NCBI RefSeq assembly: GCF_006345805.1
Contig: NC_042999.1
Span: 65,534,001-65,598,000, forward strand
Direction: 5' to 3'
Origin: Octopus sinensis
Taxonomy: Eukaryota
DNA length: 64,000 nt
Shown here: positions 52,413-64,000 of the stretch, one piece after another
Numbering within the stretch: the first letter of the stretch is position 1
Layout: the number at the start of each line of letters is the position of its first letter
The notes under the pieces: generated by a model
Told to the model about the DNA's origin: nothing
Seen by the model: only the letters and a program-made list of their open reading frames with translations
The model's database searches: none
Translations under genes and position numbers: made by a program

Positions 52413-52521
52413 AAAATGCCTTCATTCCAGAAAGATAAAAATCACTAGAAATGGAACTGCATCCTTGCCTAGTTCAAAATCCTCGAAGATTACCTTCCCA
52501 TATAGAAATGTTCCATTCTGA
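52413..52521 (+). CDS. Candidate terminal coding exon (x-KCLHSRKIKITRNGTASLPSSKSSKITFPYRNVPF*)
   Basis: gaatttgcacag| acceptor; the only long open frame is the one predicted by the phase of 52132-52200. Confidence 0.35.
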
Positions 52522-53104
52522 AATTAAAGAATATGAATAAATTTATACCAGGTGTAAGTAATTCTGTATTAGGATATCTATGAAAGCTATAAGAACACTT
52601 TTCTACAGAGGTGTCTCTTGGTTTCAAAGGCGATCTTTTATTCCACGTCTCTATAGTGAGTTACGACGTGACTAAAATCGCAAAGTCGCGTCCAAACATT
52701 TATCTTCGAGGCGCTTAAAAACCATACATCCAAATATATCCCATTTTTGCAAAACGAAAGCCTGGAAATTTCAAGTCTTATAAAAGGCCACACTATGGAA
52801 AAAAATTCATAAACTTAATAAGAGTCTTCAAAAATATTTTTTGTTTTAAATTTGAGCGCCACTATCAATTTAATTACCGCCAATATTTTGGACATGATCC
52901 TAGACCAGACAGTGCTATCTCTAATATACACTCTTTATTTTCGAGGAATTCTAATCCGATCCCCGGCTGTAATCATTAACTTGGAAATCAGTATCACTAG
53001 AATATCTCGGCTATCCTCAAATAGAAATACTGTTTATGGAATTGCATGTGCACCTATTTACAATAAAGTATTGACCAGACTTGACCATAACAAGAAACAA
53101 CGCC

Positions 53105-53380
53105 ATCATTATTATTATTATTATTATTATTGTTATGAGAAGTATTATCCGACGATTGATAGTTTCAGGCAGATTTCGACTACATCACCTGCGACACCCG
53201 CGTGTTGCTGAGGTGTGCTCAGCATTGTGTTCATTGTTGTTGTTGTTATTATTATTATTATTCAGAATAACAACGAAAGAGAATTGATTAAACACGTTTC
53301 CATATAACGAAGGTAAATACGCAATAAGAACAATGCGATACGGATTTTACTAAATACAGATAGACTGTGTTCATTCCACT
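53105..53380 (+). repeat. Dispersed direct repeat of about 275 bp, copy 1 (copy 2 at 58985-59250)
   Basis: Shared gaagtattatccgac..gatagtttcagg..actacatcacctgcg..cgaaggtaaatacgcaataagaacaatgcga..gttcattc with an internal (ATT)n. Confidence 0.92.
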
Positions 53381-53611
53381 CCCCATCCCGCTCTCAATAT
53401 GAGTTACAAAGAAATAAATAACATAGCTGAAGTTACTTTGCAATTTAGATGTCGCCCCAAAAGTTCTGGAAGGTTTCTTTAAAGCGTTGTAAATATACTG
53501 GGCCATTTCCGGTATAACGACACTATATTTCTTCATATTACACCAAATCTATGAATTTATCTCTCTCCGTGTCTCTGCCTCTGTCTATCACTTTCCCTCT
53601 CAGCGTCTATG

Positions 53612-53648
<37 letters not shown>

Positions 53649-54860
53649 GTATATGCAGTTACAAGCACACACATACTTAATAGTTATTCTGTCGGCAAAA
53701 CGTCGATCTCTATACAAAACGATAAAGAAGACGACCCTGGGAACGGTCTTCGAACTGCCTGTGTTCTGCTGATATGAAATCAGTGTATATTACTAAGGTT
53801 CCATAGTTATTCCACAGCTTTAATCACAGATGGTTTCGATAGCTGAACGTCTCGTATATGTATATTCAAACATTAATGCATGATAGATATCCAATTGAAT
53901 TTGCACAGTCTCGATTGACATTTTCAGAGCATCTGATTCAATTTGGAAGAAAGCATTATAGAATACCAAATTTCAATAGACATTATCTCATTCTATAACA
54001 TTCTATACATAGCAATTTGACAACCTTTTCGAGACGCATGGTTCTTACCTTTCTCTATTGAATATTACTAATTCAGAACTGCTGCTGTAATCTCATCACT
54101 ATTATATTTTGCTTACAAATGAAATTAATGTAAATACAGCAGTACGTTGGTATTGTTAGTAAAAAGGCGACACATATGATTATCTTTGTTTGTTTTTGGA
54201 TATTCTGCTATACTGAACACATTCCTGATTAACGAAAACAAAGGTATTATTAATGAAGCCGATATTGAATTTAGATTCCCTGTTTAAAAGTCTGTATTAT
54301 TAAGAAAAATTAAATGTATATGATGGAAATTGAAGTCATCCACTTCGACGCTGAAATTTTAAAGGCAAATTAATTAGAAATCTAATCAATTCCATATCCA
54401 ATACTATATATTAAGCGCTATTTGCGATTAAGACTGCTCGCTGACGAGGTATCACGAGGCCGAAAGATCTTTAAACTCAACGCTCCCTTTCATAAAATCA
54501 TAGATTTTCTATTGTTTAATTTCGATATGAAGGTTTTTTTTCATTTGCTAATTATTTTGCTATTACAAGTAGATTTGCTTTGTCATAAATAGTTACCATA
54601 TTAATTACGTTAGTCCCTACCTATTTTAACTCGCCAGAAAGGGACATGCGGCATGTATTTCAACATCACAAAAAAGAATAAATTTTGGGGGATATATTGA
54701 CATGCATTTGAGATATTCTTCTCTTCCAACGAGTTAAAAAAAAAAAGACGTCGTAGCATTTGGTAACAGTTCAGAATCGAGAAATTTACAGCAAATAAGT
54801 GTAAATACATTTTAAACACTTCAAGTGTATTTTGTTTCATCAATATACAGACAGCGAAAT

Positions 54861-55150
54861 GCGGCGAGCTGGCAGAAACGTTAGCACGCCGGGCGAAATG
54901 CTTCGCGGAATTTCGTCTGCCGTTACGTTCTGATTTCAAATTCTGCTGAGGTCGACTTTGTCTGTCCTTGTTTGTCCCCTCTATGTTTAGTCCCTTGTGG
55001 GTAATAAAGAAATAAGAAACGTTAGCACGCAGGGTGAATTGCATAAAGTGTTTCGTCTGTCTTTACATTCTGAGTTCAAATCCCACTGAGGTCGGCTTTG
55101 CCTTTCATCCTTTCAGAGGGCCGATAAATTAAGTACCAGTTGCGTACTGG
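54861..55150 (+). mobile_element. Tandem pair of SINE family A units (first internally deleted, second partial)
   Basis: Head to gtcgactttg jumps to tctgtccttg; after aaagaaata a second agaaacgttagcacg unit begins. Confidence 0.85.
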
Positions 55151-55188
55151 GAACGGTCCTTGTGCCTAGAGTAGAAAAGAATATACAG

Positions 55189-55227
<39 letters not shown>

Positions 55228-55238
<11 letters not shown>

Positions 55239-55432
55239 ATGTGTTTGTGTTTGGCTATGTGTGTGTGTTTGTGTTTGGCTGTGTGTGTGTGTGTGTTTGT
55301 GTTTGGCTGTGTGTGTGTGTGTGTTTGTGTTTGGCTGTGTGTGTGTGTGTGTTTGTGTTTGGCTGTGTGTGTGTGTGTGTGTGTGTTTGGCTGTGTGTGT
55401 GTGTTTGTGTTTGGCTGTGTGTGTGTATGTAT
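55228..55432. repeat. Minisatellite of GTGTTTGTGTTTGGCT(GT)n units
   Basis: About 7 visible units with variable GT length. Confidence 0.9.
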
Positions 55433-55674
55433 GTTTCTCTGTATGGGTGAAGTTAAAAATTGGTATCTTCAAGTCTATTCTATGAAAAGTTATGTCTATA
55501 TTTAGTCTTTCTTTTTTAAACTGGAAATCCTTTAGGGAACTAAGTATATAATAACAGATTGTACTATTCACGTAATTTGATATCATTGCCTTCTCTATGC
55601 TGCTCGCAAATATTGCTTCCACAAAACGTTCAAGTTCTATAATATGCATTTCAAATTTTTCACCAGCAATTTCG

Positions 55675-55840
55675 GGGGACAGAATAAGTCAATCGCATCG
55701 AACCTGGCACTTAATTTATTGACTGCAAAAACGCTAAAAAGTGAAGGTCTCCTCAGCAGAACTTGAGACTAGAACGTAAGAACGGACGAAATGCCGGCAA
55801 GTATTTTTCCCGGTGTGCTGACGATTCCGCCATATCACCA
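55675..55840 (-). mobile_element. Degenerate SINE family A copy
   Basis: gaacgtaagaacggacgaaatgccggcaagtatttttcccggtgtgctgacgattccgcc matches the reverse-complement head. Confidence 0.6.
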
Positions 55841-56684
55841 CCTTATTCAATTCTCTAATATTAAACAAAATCATTAACTTAAGACTGACAACATGTCTGA
55901 ATTTTAAATCATTTGAGCGAAACGGATAACTCACCATTTTCTACGATGTAACTAAATGTTTCCTATGCTTGTACGTTTGATCAACGTTTTATTTGACAAC
56001 TGAATGATGTTGATGATTTAAAGGGTTGTACATTTATTTTCCAATTTGGTACCCAGAATTAACGCTTTCAGTTAAGGCGTTAGGAGATGCGTTTAACACG
56101 TTTAACACTCACTGGCATAAGGAAGAAAATGTTAGAATCGCGAAGTCAGGCTGACATTTACAAGTTCGCTTACGCTAACTAGTCATTTGAACAAATATGT
56201 ATTCTCTGATATATCAAACACCTCGAATTTTGGTATTTCCACGATGTTTGGCTCGAAGAAATGATAAATAACTATGACTAGATAAAAGAAAGTATGTGAT
56301 ACGAACACAAAGTTGTCATAATACGGTGTATCTATGTTGCACGTGTCCGGCTGTGCTTTACATTAACACTATAAGAATTATTTCTATCTCCGAGCAAACA
56401 TTTCTATTGTTTAATGGAAATGTGTTTAATCTTTTTCTGTTTTTTTTTTTTTTGCTATTTATACTATACTTGTTCACACACATTTCGAAATAACACTAAG
56501 TCTATCATAAAAGTTGGCTCGTTTCAATATAGGAGATGATGAAATTGGCAAAATCGATGCAACAGCAGACAAAACTACCATACTGCATTTAATTAGGTCC
56601 TTTCACATTTTGAGTTCAGTTCCTACCGGAGTAGACCTTGCATTTCAAAATATTCAGATCGGAAAATTACTAACCAGAGAGCGC

Positions 56685-57015
56685 GACAGGTGCTTATTTC
56701 ATCGACCCCGAAATGATAAAAGACAAAACTGACCGCGGCAGAATTCAAACGGGCCAAACTGTCACTAAAGATGTTGCCCGGTATATTAACGGTTATACCA
56801 CTGCGTCGTGTGCCAATATTCCTTTCTACTATAGGCACTATTCCTGAGATTTGGTTGGAGAATGGAAGCTAGTCGATTACATCGACCCCAGTGCTTGACT
56901 GGTATTATTTTATCGGCCCCAGAATGATACAAGTAAAAGTTTCCTTCGGCCGAATTTGAACTCCGAATCTAAAATCGGGCCAAAATGTTAAGCTTTTGTT
57001 CGGTATATAAACGAT
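56685..57015 (-). mobile_element. Two adjacent degenerate SINE family A copies
   Basis: atcgaccccgaaatgataaaagacaaaactgaccgcggcagaattcaaac and gtcgattacatcgacccca..gaatttgaactcc. Confidence 0.65.
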
Positions 57016-57867
57016 TCTGGCCCCCTCGCTGCCTTGCTGTGTGTTAATTATTAAAAATTAATTATGAATTTCTTTGGCATAATACAGTAATACTGTTTGT
57101 TGGTTTGCATTTGGATTCTGAATAAATTATCTCTAATTATGGTGCAGATGCTGTTGAAAGAATATTTGTAGGATACTTGTGTAGTGATTGTATAAACCCC
57201 TCTAACATATTCGCTTCATATTAAAATCGTTGTATCCACTTTAATATAACCACTTTGCTGTTATTCCTTTTACCAAATTCGATGAGATGAGAAGTAAAAT
57301 TAAAACCTGTAATATTTGAAATTATATCCTAATGGGCTGTTACTAATTGCCTCAAATAATTTAGAGCAATTTCCTCATCAACTTATATTTTATTTGTCAC
57401 TGGTTACGCCTTCCATCCAATGAGTTATATCAATATAATTACAGTAGGAACAATAATTGGGTGCAGGATTATTACTCATTAGGAAAGAGATCATATGACA
57501 GTTTGCTGTGTTTCAAGTTGCATTTACTAGCTGGATCAGTGGCATAAACAAGCATTTACTATTCAATATTTGATGTGAATTAAATTTCAAACAAGTATTA
57601 ATTTAACGCAAATCGTTGATTAATATCAACAAGAGATACTGATGCATCTTTTAATAACACTGTCTAACTCAGTTCGAATTCCAAAAAGACAATATTGAGA
57701 TTTGGCATGAGATTAACGGTTTGATTAAGCAAGCCGATAGACGAAACTTGTCGTTCCATTCATCCTGGTCTCTACTTAAAATGTAACTTAAGTCAGACCA
57801 TTAGTAAATGTTCAATTGATAGGAATATAAAATATTACCAACCCTGTAAAATTTATAGCTTTATACA

Positions 57868-58084
57868 ACCGAGGGGTGCTGACAAGGTTCTGACTTTGGG
57901 TAAAAAGAAAAAATGCAGGTGGATCAGTTAATTGTGATTCTGTTCAATCTTCTCAGATTCGTACGCTAATTGCAGCGCCCCTTCAAATTTTCTAAGCCCT
58001 GCAAAATAACTCGGTAAGTTAGACCTCCCACCGGGAATTTTTGCGACTACCTTAAAGCCAGGAACTTTTCAGTAGCCCCATGTA
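57868..58084 (-). mobile_element. Non-autonomous mariner-derived MITE (about 215 bp)
   Basis: Imperfect TIRs cgaggggtgctgacaaggttctgacttt and aaagccaggaacttttcagtagcccca; the interior keeps a mariner-like C-terminal remnant. Confidence 0.7.
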
Positions 58085-58289
58085 TGTTGCCCCAACATAT
58101 TTTCTATGTAAATAAATTCAACCAGCGTACAAACTTATGCATTTATTATGACTATTTAAGTTATAAAAACTGATATCTAAATTCTAATACTTAACTCATA
58201 TTAGCGCAGAACTATTCACGGTGGAAACTCTAGACATTAAACTGTTAACGAAAATAAGTAATTTATTATTATTACTGAATGAGAGAGTA

Positions 58290-58760
58290 GAGCATGCTAT
58301 CAAAGTGACACTGATGCTTCTCGTCCGCAATGCTTGCTTCTGAGTAATCATAAGCATTCCCTCTATTCAGGCCACTTTTTTTCAGTCAATTCCGTTCGTT
58401 CTCTTTTCGAAATACGTCTGTAGATGCAAAGAATTTGCTTTGTATATGTTTGTTACGGAAGGTCCTATCCTTTTTAAGCTGTACGCCTTACTTATTCTGC
58501 CCTTCATCAAGCATATTTGATATACATTTTTACCGATTTAATTAACTTCCCATTGCTTTTGTGGCTGTACTATTTGAGATTTACTATCTTCATGTCTACA
58601 CAATCTTCAGCACTTATTAAACATCATTCTCCTTTATTCCTGTTCACAAACAGCCAATAGACATCTCCTTGAGGATGAAATAACCTATACCTCGTTAATA
58701 ATTTTTAGATCATTCTTCGTCCATTTGCCTATACCACCTCTATACCATATTATGCTTAAG
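58290..58760 (-). pseudogene. Third degenerate R4/Dong-clade fragment (post-RT region)
   Basis: KWTKNDLKI, FHPQGDVYWLFVNRNKG, LISAEDCV, TQKQALRTRSI on the minus strand. Confidence 0.65.
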
Positions 58761-58984
58761 GCCCTAGACGTATTAGCGCAGATAATATTAATAACATTCA
58801 GTTCCGATAATATTAATAATATTTAGTTTTGGTTTCAAGAGTTCTCTCACTCTACGCAAATATTCCCAACATAAATTTCGTTTCTTCTCGTTGGCTTTGA
58901 TGCTTGTATCCTTTTGTCAATCTCTTTCACTTCCTCGTCCGTTGACAATTTTATTCTTTCAGAATATTTTATGTCATCATAATC

Positions 58985-59103
58985 ATCATTATTATTATTA
59001 TTATCAGAAGTATTATCCGACAATTGATAGTTTCAGGCCAATTTGGACTACATCACCTGCGTCACCCGCGTGTTGCTGAGATGTGCTCAGCATTATGTTC
59101 ATG

Positions 59104-59136
<33 letters not shown>

Positions 59137-59250
59137 TAGAATAACAACGAAAGAAAATTGATTAAACACATTTCCATAAAACGAAGGTAAATACGCAATA
59201 AGAACAATGCGATGCGGATTTTAATAAATACAGATTGACTTTGTTCATTC
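58985..59250 (+). repeat. Dispersed direct repeat, copy 2
   Basis: See 53105-53380; visibly diverged, roughly one difference per 8-10 nt by eye. Confidence 0.92.
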
Positions 59251-62059
59251 AAATGAAGAATATTTCGACAGAATGTCTGCCTTTCTTGGGTAAAAATGAA
59301 AAGCATGAAAAATAAACAGAAATACAGGAATTAGGAATATTGTACAATTCAATAAACACAGTCAATCTCTATTACAAATTTTATCACGCTCTTCTTATTG
59401 TGTATTGTAATAGTAATAGTAATAATAATAATTATTATTGTTGTTGTTTTCGTCGTCGTCACTATAGCTTAAATTTTAGATTTCAATTTGAGACTCATTG
59501 CTTTAGGTACGTTGACGCAAATTTAAATAATTATTAAACACTTCGGCAAATAATTTGATATGAGCTCCATAATTTGAAACAAACGTGATATCAATATATC
59601 ATGTGAAGGGAATTTAGTCATTCGATTTCAAATGATTTATCAATTAAGATGGCTCCTTGGATATATGAATTTAAAGATTGATGTAGATAACTAGATAGTT
59701 CCCGGAATCAATCTTAGAGCGTAATTTTTCATGTATGGGAGTGACCTTCTGCAGCCAAATCTCAAATCACATTCTACCCCTTTGATTAAGAAAAAATGGC
59801 GTATTAGACAGTATAATCTTACATGACATCTAAAACGGCTGTTTGCTTAATCATAGTTGACCTTGGAAGTAAACAACAATAATGACAACAGCGACAACAA
59901 ACAGCATAATTTAATCCATAAACATGAAGACTGACATTTATGCACATTTTACAATTGCCTTGATGTAAATGACAAAATATGGTTACCAGAGAGGATCAAA
60001 CGTGGATCATTTAGACGATCTTCAACACTGCAAATATAAATTAAAGTTCAATGAGGTTAATGGCAATAATTATCATTTATTCAAAATCTTTATTTGACTG
60101 TGTCAGTGAGTTTTCATATAAGGCTGCATTTTAAATCGATCTATTGACAATTACGCACACATATACATCATTGATATGATATTAGCTATGCATCTAGTTG
60201 TAGACTAACCTCATTAGAGAAAGATTTGTCGTGAATTACAAACCTAACACGTCCTTAAGCCAACGTAATCACAGGCCAATACAAATCACTGCAATAAAAG
60301 CATTTATATTATTCCGAGGAACATAAGTCAATTTGCATCTAAGCTTTATAATCTTTTAATGCAATACTAATGTTTGCCATGGATCAGATCAACTGGAAGT
60401 TTACAGATATCTTATTGCTAAATTATGGATATAATAGTGGTGTCGATAAAACAAAGATGGATATGTGTAAGAGAAATTTCATAAAACTACGATGACGTAC
60501 AATTAAGCATATCATTAGAGGCTAAAATCATAATGCAAACAGCATCAGGTGGTTTAGTTTTATTCACCAATAACACATAATTTGCACTTCAGTTAAGCTA
60601 GATTATTCAGGATCTCTTTCCTCATGTTTACCATTTAATGTATCAATCGATTAAAATATAAATGAGATAATTATTTTCCTGGGTCATTTTATCATGGTTG
60701 GGGCAGATACCAGTAATGATCCACTTTATATCTTGTTAAATAAATAATTATAGCTAATGGATTCTACAAATGAATAAGTAATATAGGTTCCAATCAAATA
60801 TCAAATTGAAATTATTCAAATTCGTCTACATGTCAGATAAATCTTGTATAATTGCCACTGATTCAATTTATAATCAATCTTGTTTATCACCTGTATATTG
60901 TAAACAGAAGCTTATACAAATATATAAATACAAACGTGAGTAAGCAAATAAACAAAAAATGAATACACACACACATAGTTGCCTTCGGCAAGATATTTCA
61001 TTAACGCTAATGTTTTTCTTTTAATTCACTAAAACGGTTTTATTTTCAGATCACTATCCTACCACTTAGCTCTATTTTCTTCATCCAAAATGCGTGGGTA
61101 ATTTTTCGTGTCACAGTAAGTGTAAGGAAAAACAACCCACTTTATACAACTATACGCTACTTTTGGCAAACCTGATTACAACATTGAGTTGGAAGAAAAG
61201 CAGTGAAGTTGATATTATCAATGATTGTGATCAGTTTGTTAAAGAACACCTCGCACAAATTGAATCAGTAGCACTTGAGTCGGTTATTGCACTGTGAAGG
61301 AATTACTACGAGAGAACAAATAAATGCGACTGAGATCTAACGATATCATAGGAACTAATATTTAAAATGGATTTGGTACTTTTAAAATTGCATGGATGAA
61401 CTATGGGGAAAAGCGATGAATGAATAATGCATTCAATAACTACGAGACATAACTAAGTGTTAGGCTAACTATCAAAGTTGATTAAACGACTATCTGATTC
61501 AAATTGAGGTACATGGTCTCAAATTTTAATTAACCCTTTAGTATTCATATTACTCTAATGTAATGTTTATTTATTCATATTTTCTTGAATTAATTAAGCA
61601 TTATCTTATACTTTTGTAATTGTATATTTTTAGAATGATTTTGTAGTGTAGGTGTGACAGGCTGGATATGGATAGTTTGAACATAAAATGGGTGCAATAT
61701 TTTGGCTGGATATGACTGGTTTAAATATTCAGGAGTTAAAGTCTTTTTCGATCCTAGCACTTGACTGGAAATTTATTTTATTTAGCCTGGGTTGAGGATT
61801 GAAATGCAAAGCCGACATCCGCGGATTTGAACTTAGGACGTAAAGCTGGAAGATCATAGCAAAGCTGCTTTTATTATAAGTCTTAACATAGGAGACTAAA
61901 GAGAAATATAAAAGTAAACTGCAAATCTGAGAAGTGTTGAGAACATTTCTTCTAGTATTATTGCAAGTAAGACTAAAGTCTCTAATGGAATAATACTTTG
62001 GTTGTCTTCGGAGATTTTGGACAACAGAACTCTCATCCATCCACAAAACTCAATCGTAT

Positions 62060-62200
62060 AATGATACCTCAACACCATTGTTGGGACTAGCATTGAATGG
62101 CCAGGCCACTACGATTAAAGAAAGATCACCCAAAGTGAACAATGTGACAGCTGAAATGCTATGCTCTAGTCAGACATTTCGAGTTGACCGCATAAGTAAA
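62060..62200 (+). pseudogene. Possible ancient RTE-like RT fragment
   Basis: KERSPKVNNVTAEML resembles the KSPGxDxIxAELL motif; short and degenerate. Confidence 0.35.
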
Positions 62201-63205
62201 ATTTGATCGGCTGAAGTTCTTTGGAAACCCATTAGATAAATGTTCCTGTTTGGGGCTGCAGACTTAGTCCTCCGCTAAGATCAAAATATCATTATCTGCT
62301 TCTTGCTATCTTCAGTGGAATTCATTCTGTTGCAGGCATCAATCCAAGTCACCCTCTGAAACAATTTTACTCTTCCTCCCAAAATTTCCGGAGGTCATCC
62401 TAAAGACGTTATAGAGGCAATATTAAGCGTATTAATCAGCGCCTTCCGTGTTACTTCCTGCGGTTTAGAAAATAAAATCCTCATTACAAAATGATAGCGA
62501 TTTCGAAAATAAAATTCATTTAGTGTCGAGTTTAATAAGACATGCATCTATTTTAAAAACAAAGCAAGCTTAAAATACAAATACGTAAGTAGAGTTGTTA
62601 GTGTTAACGCAGGAGTTGGTTAAAATAATTGTAAGGAAATTAATCAATGATACGGCTGGCTGCACATACATATTCATGCATTCAAATGCGTGTATGATTA
62701 TAAATGTGTGTGGACTCATATATATACTAAGCAAGGAATTGACAAACATTTAAATTCGTTTACTAACTGGAGCAAAATGAATACTACTAGCCTTAGGGAA
62801 CTAAGTTGAGCATTAAAGATATAAATAAAAGTATCTTCGATTGCCTGGGAAATGAATTTTTAATTTTGGTGTCCACCAACATAATTCTTGTCAGCGGCTT
62901 TTAATGCCGAGTGTTAAGCTCAACTTCCTTTGTCAATCTTATAAGAAAAACCTTTGAAATCTTGTACTGATTTTCAATACGGTAAACCTGTACATAACAA
63001 ATTAAAAGAGTGGCTTATTGTCAATTAGAACCTGAAGGCAAAATCAATATCGGTGACAAAAGTGAAGAAGGGTGCTGACTAGCACCAATTATGCTGAAAT
63101 AAAAGTTAAATTGACTCTAAAGCTACTAAAGCACTATACTTAATGATTGACAAAGGGAGGTAAGTCATTACCGTACATAACAGTATTGCGATTTCGAATT
63201 TTGGT

Positions 63206-63256
<51 letters not shown>

Positions 63257-63666
63257 TATATCTTTTAAGGTCTTATAAACACAAACATATATATCTTTTA
63301 AACGTTGTGAAATCAAATAAATCTCCTAGTCCATTATGTTGGCTACAGTCAAATGGCGATGACTGGTGAACCATTTTTGGGTGGGTTTCATCGAACTCTA
63401 CCAATACATTGTAGGATAAATATATTAATATAACAATAATCCTTTGCTAGAATTTAGAAATATTTTAATGCATCGCTACGCGCATTTCCACAGGTCACAT
63501 GTCTCCTAGGATCACATCTCGGTTGAGAACAAGGGTTCAAGATATATCATACCTGATGCTTACCAGGTCTATACTCAGCATCGTAATTTACTACCGAATA
63601 TCGGGGGAATTGTCAGTCGTATGGACTCTAGTATTGCAATGTTGGAATTAAAAATGCTATTCCAAC

Positions 63667-64000
63667 GCGGTGAGCTGGCAGAATCGTTAGCACGCCGGAC
63701 GAAATGCTTAGCGGTATTTCTTCTGCCGTTACATTCTGAGTTCAAATCCCGCCGAGGTCGAATTTGCCTTTCATTCTTTCGGGGTCGATTAAATAAGTAC
63801 CAGTTATACACTGGGGTCGATATAATCGACTTAATCCGTTTGCTTGTCCTTGTTTGTCCTCTCTGTGTTTAGCCCCTTGTGGGTAGTAAAGAAATAGTTA
63901 TTTCGGCCGTCGCCACGTTCTGAGTTCAAATTCCGCCGAAGTCGACTTTGCCTTTCATCCTTTCGATAAATTAAGTACCAGTAATACACTGGAGTCGATA
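63667..64000 (+). mobile_element. Full SINE family A copy followed by a partial second unit running off the window
   Basis: Same sequence family as 4973-5207; after gtagtaaagaaatag the internal gttctgagttcaaattcc segment restarts. Confidence 0.9.

Noticed and set aside
52410-52520. Helitron helicase remnant (FIP..IKIT..LP..FP)
   Set aside because: Needs a frameshift and lacks the MTINK/HGQLY motifs; the exon interpretation is simpler
61072-61297. ORF LYFLHPKCVG…DCDQFVKEHLAQIESVALESVIAL
   Set aside because: Protein-like but no recognisable motif and ambiguous splice signals; not supportable without homology or RNA data
1-64000. CRISPR arrays, rRNA, operons, telomeric repeats
   Set aside because: None seen; the regularly spaced repeats lack unique spacers and the window is eukaryotic

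Overview
AT-rich, repeat-dense eukaryotic genomic DNA. The tRNA-derived SINE families, Penelope-like elements and (TA)n load match what I recognise from Octopus/cephalopod genomes (recognition, not a database hit). There are no prokaryotic features, and most ORFs in the supplied track are artefacts of TA/CA microsatellites. Main contents: (1) a full-length, near-intact CR1-clade LINE (16366-21018, +) with two single-base frameshifts. Its ORF1 appears to combine an N-terminal Myb/SANT-like (trihelix) domain with two tandem CCCH zinc fingers, and its AUG-less ORF2 overlaps ORF1 in the -1 frame across a slippery heptamer plus hairpin. (2) Penelope-like retroelement relics with hammerhead ribozyme motifs, including a canonical type I hammerhead at 23918-24012 and an inverted RT/GIY-YIG structure whose 57-bp inverted repeat starts inside the hammerhead stem III palindrome. 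(3) Degenerate R4/Dong, Tx1/L1, RTE and RTEX LINE fragments. (4) A complete DD37D (maT) transposon interrupted by a SINE and partly caught in a 1.51-kb tandem duplication. (5) Mariner remnants, Helitron/Helentron-type non-autonomous elements, two long palindromes, many SINEs and a 2.8-kb TTTCATATG(TA)n satellite. Several AG/GT-bounded open segments on the + strand suggest exons of an unidentified host gene (low to moderate confidence).
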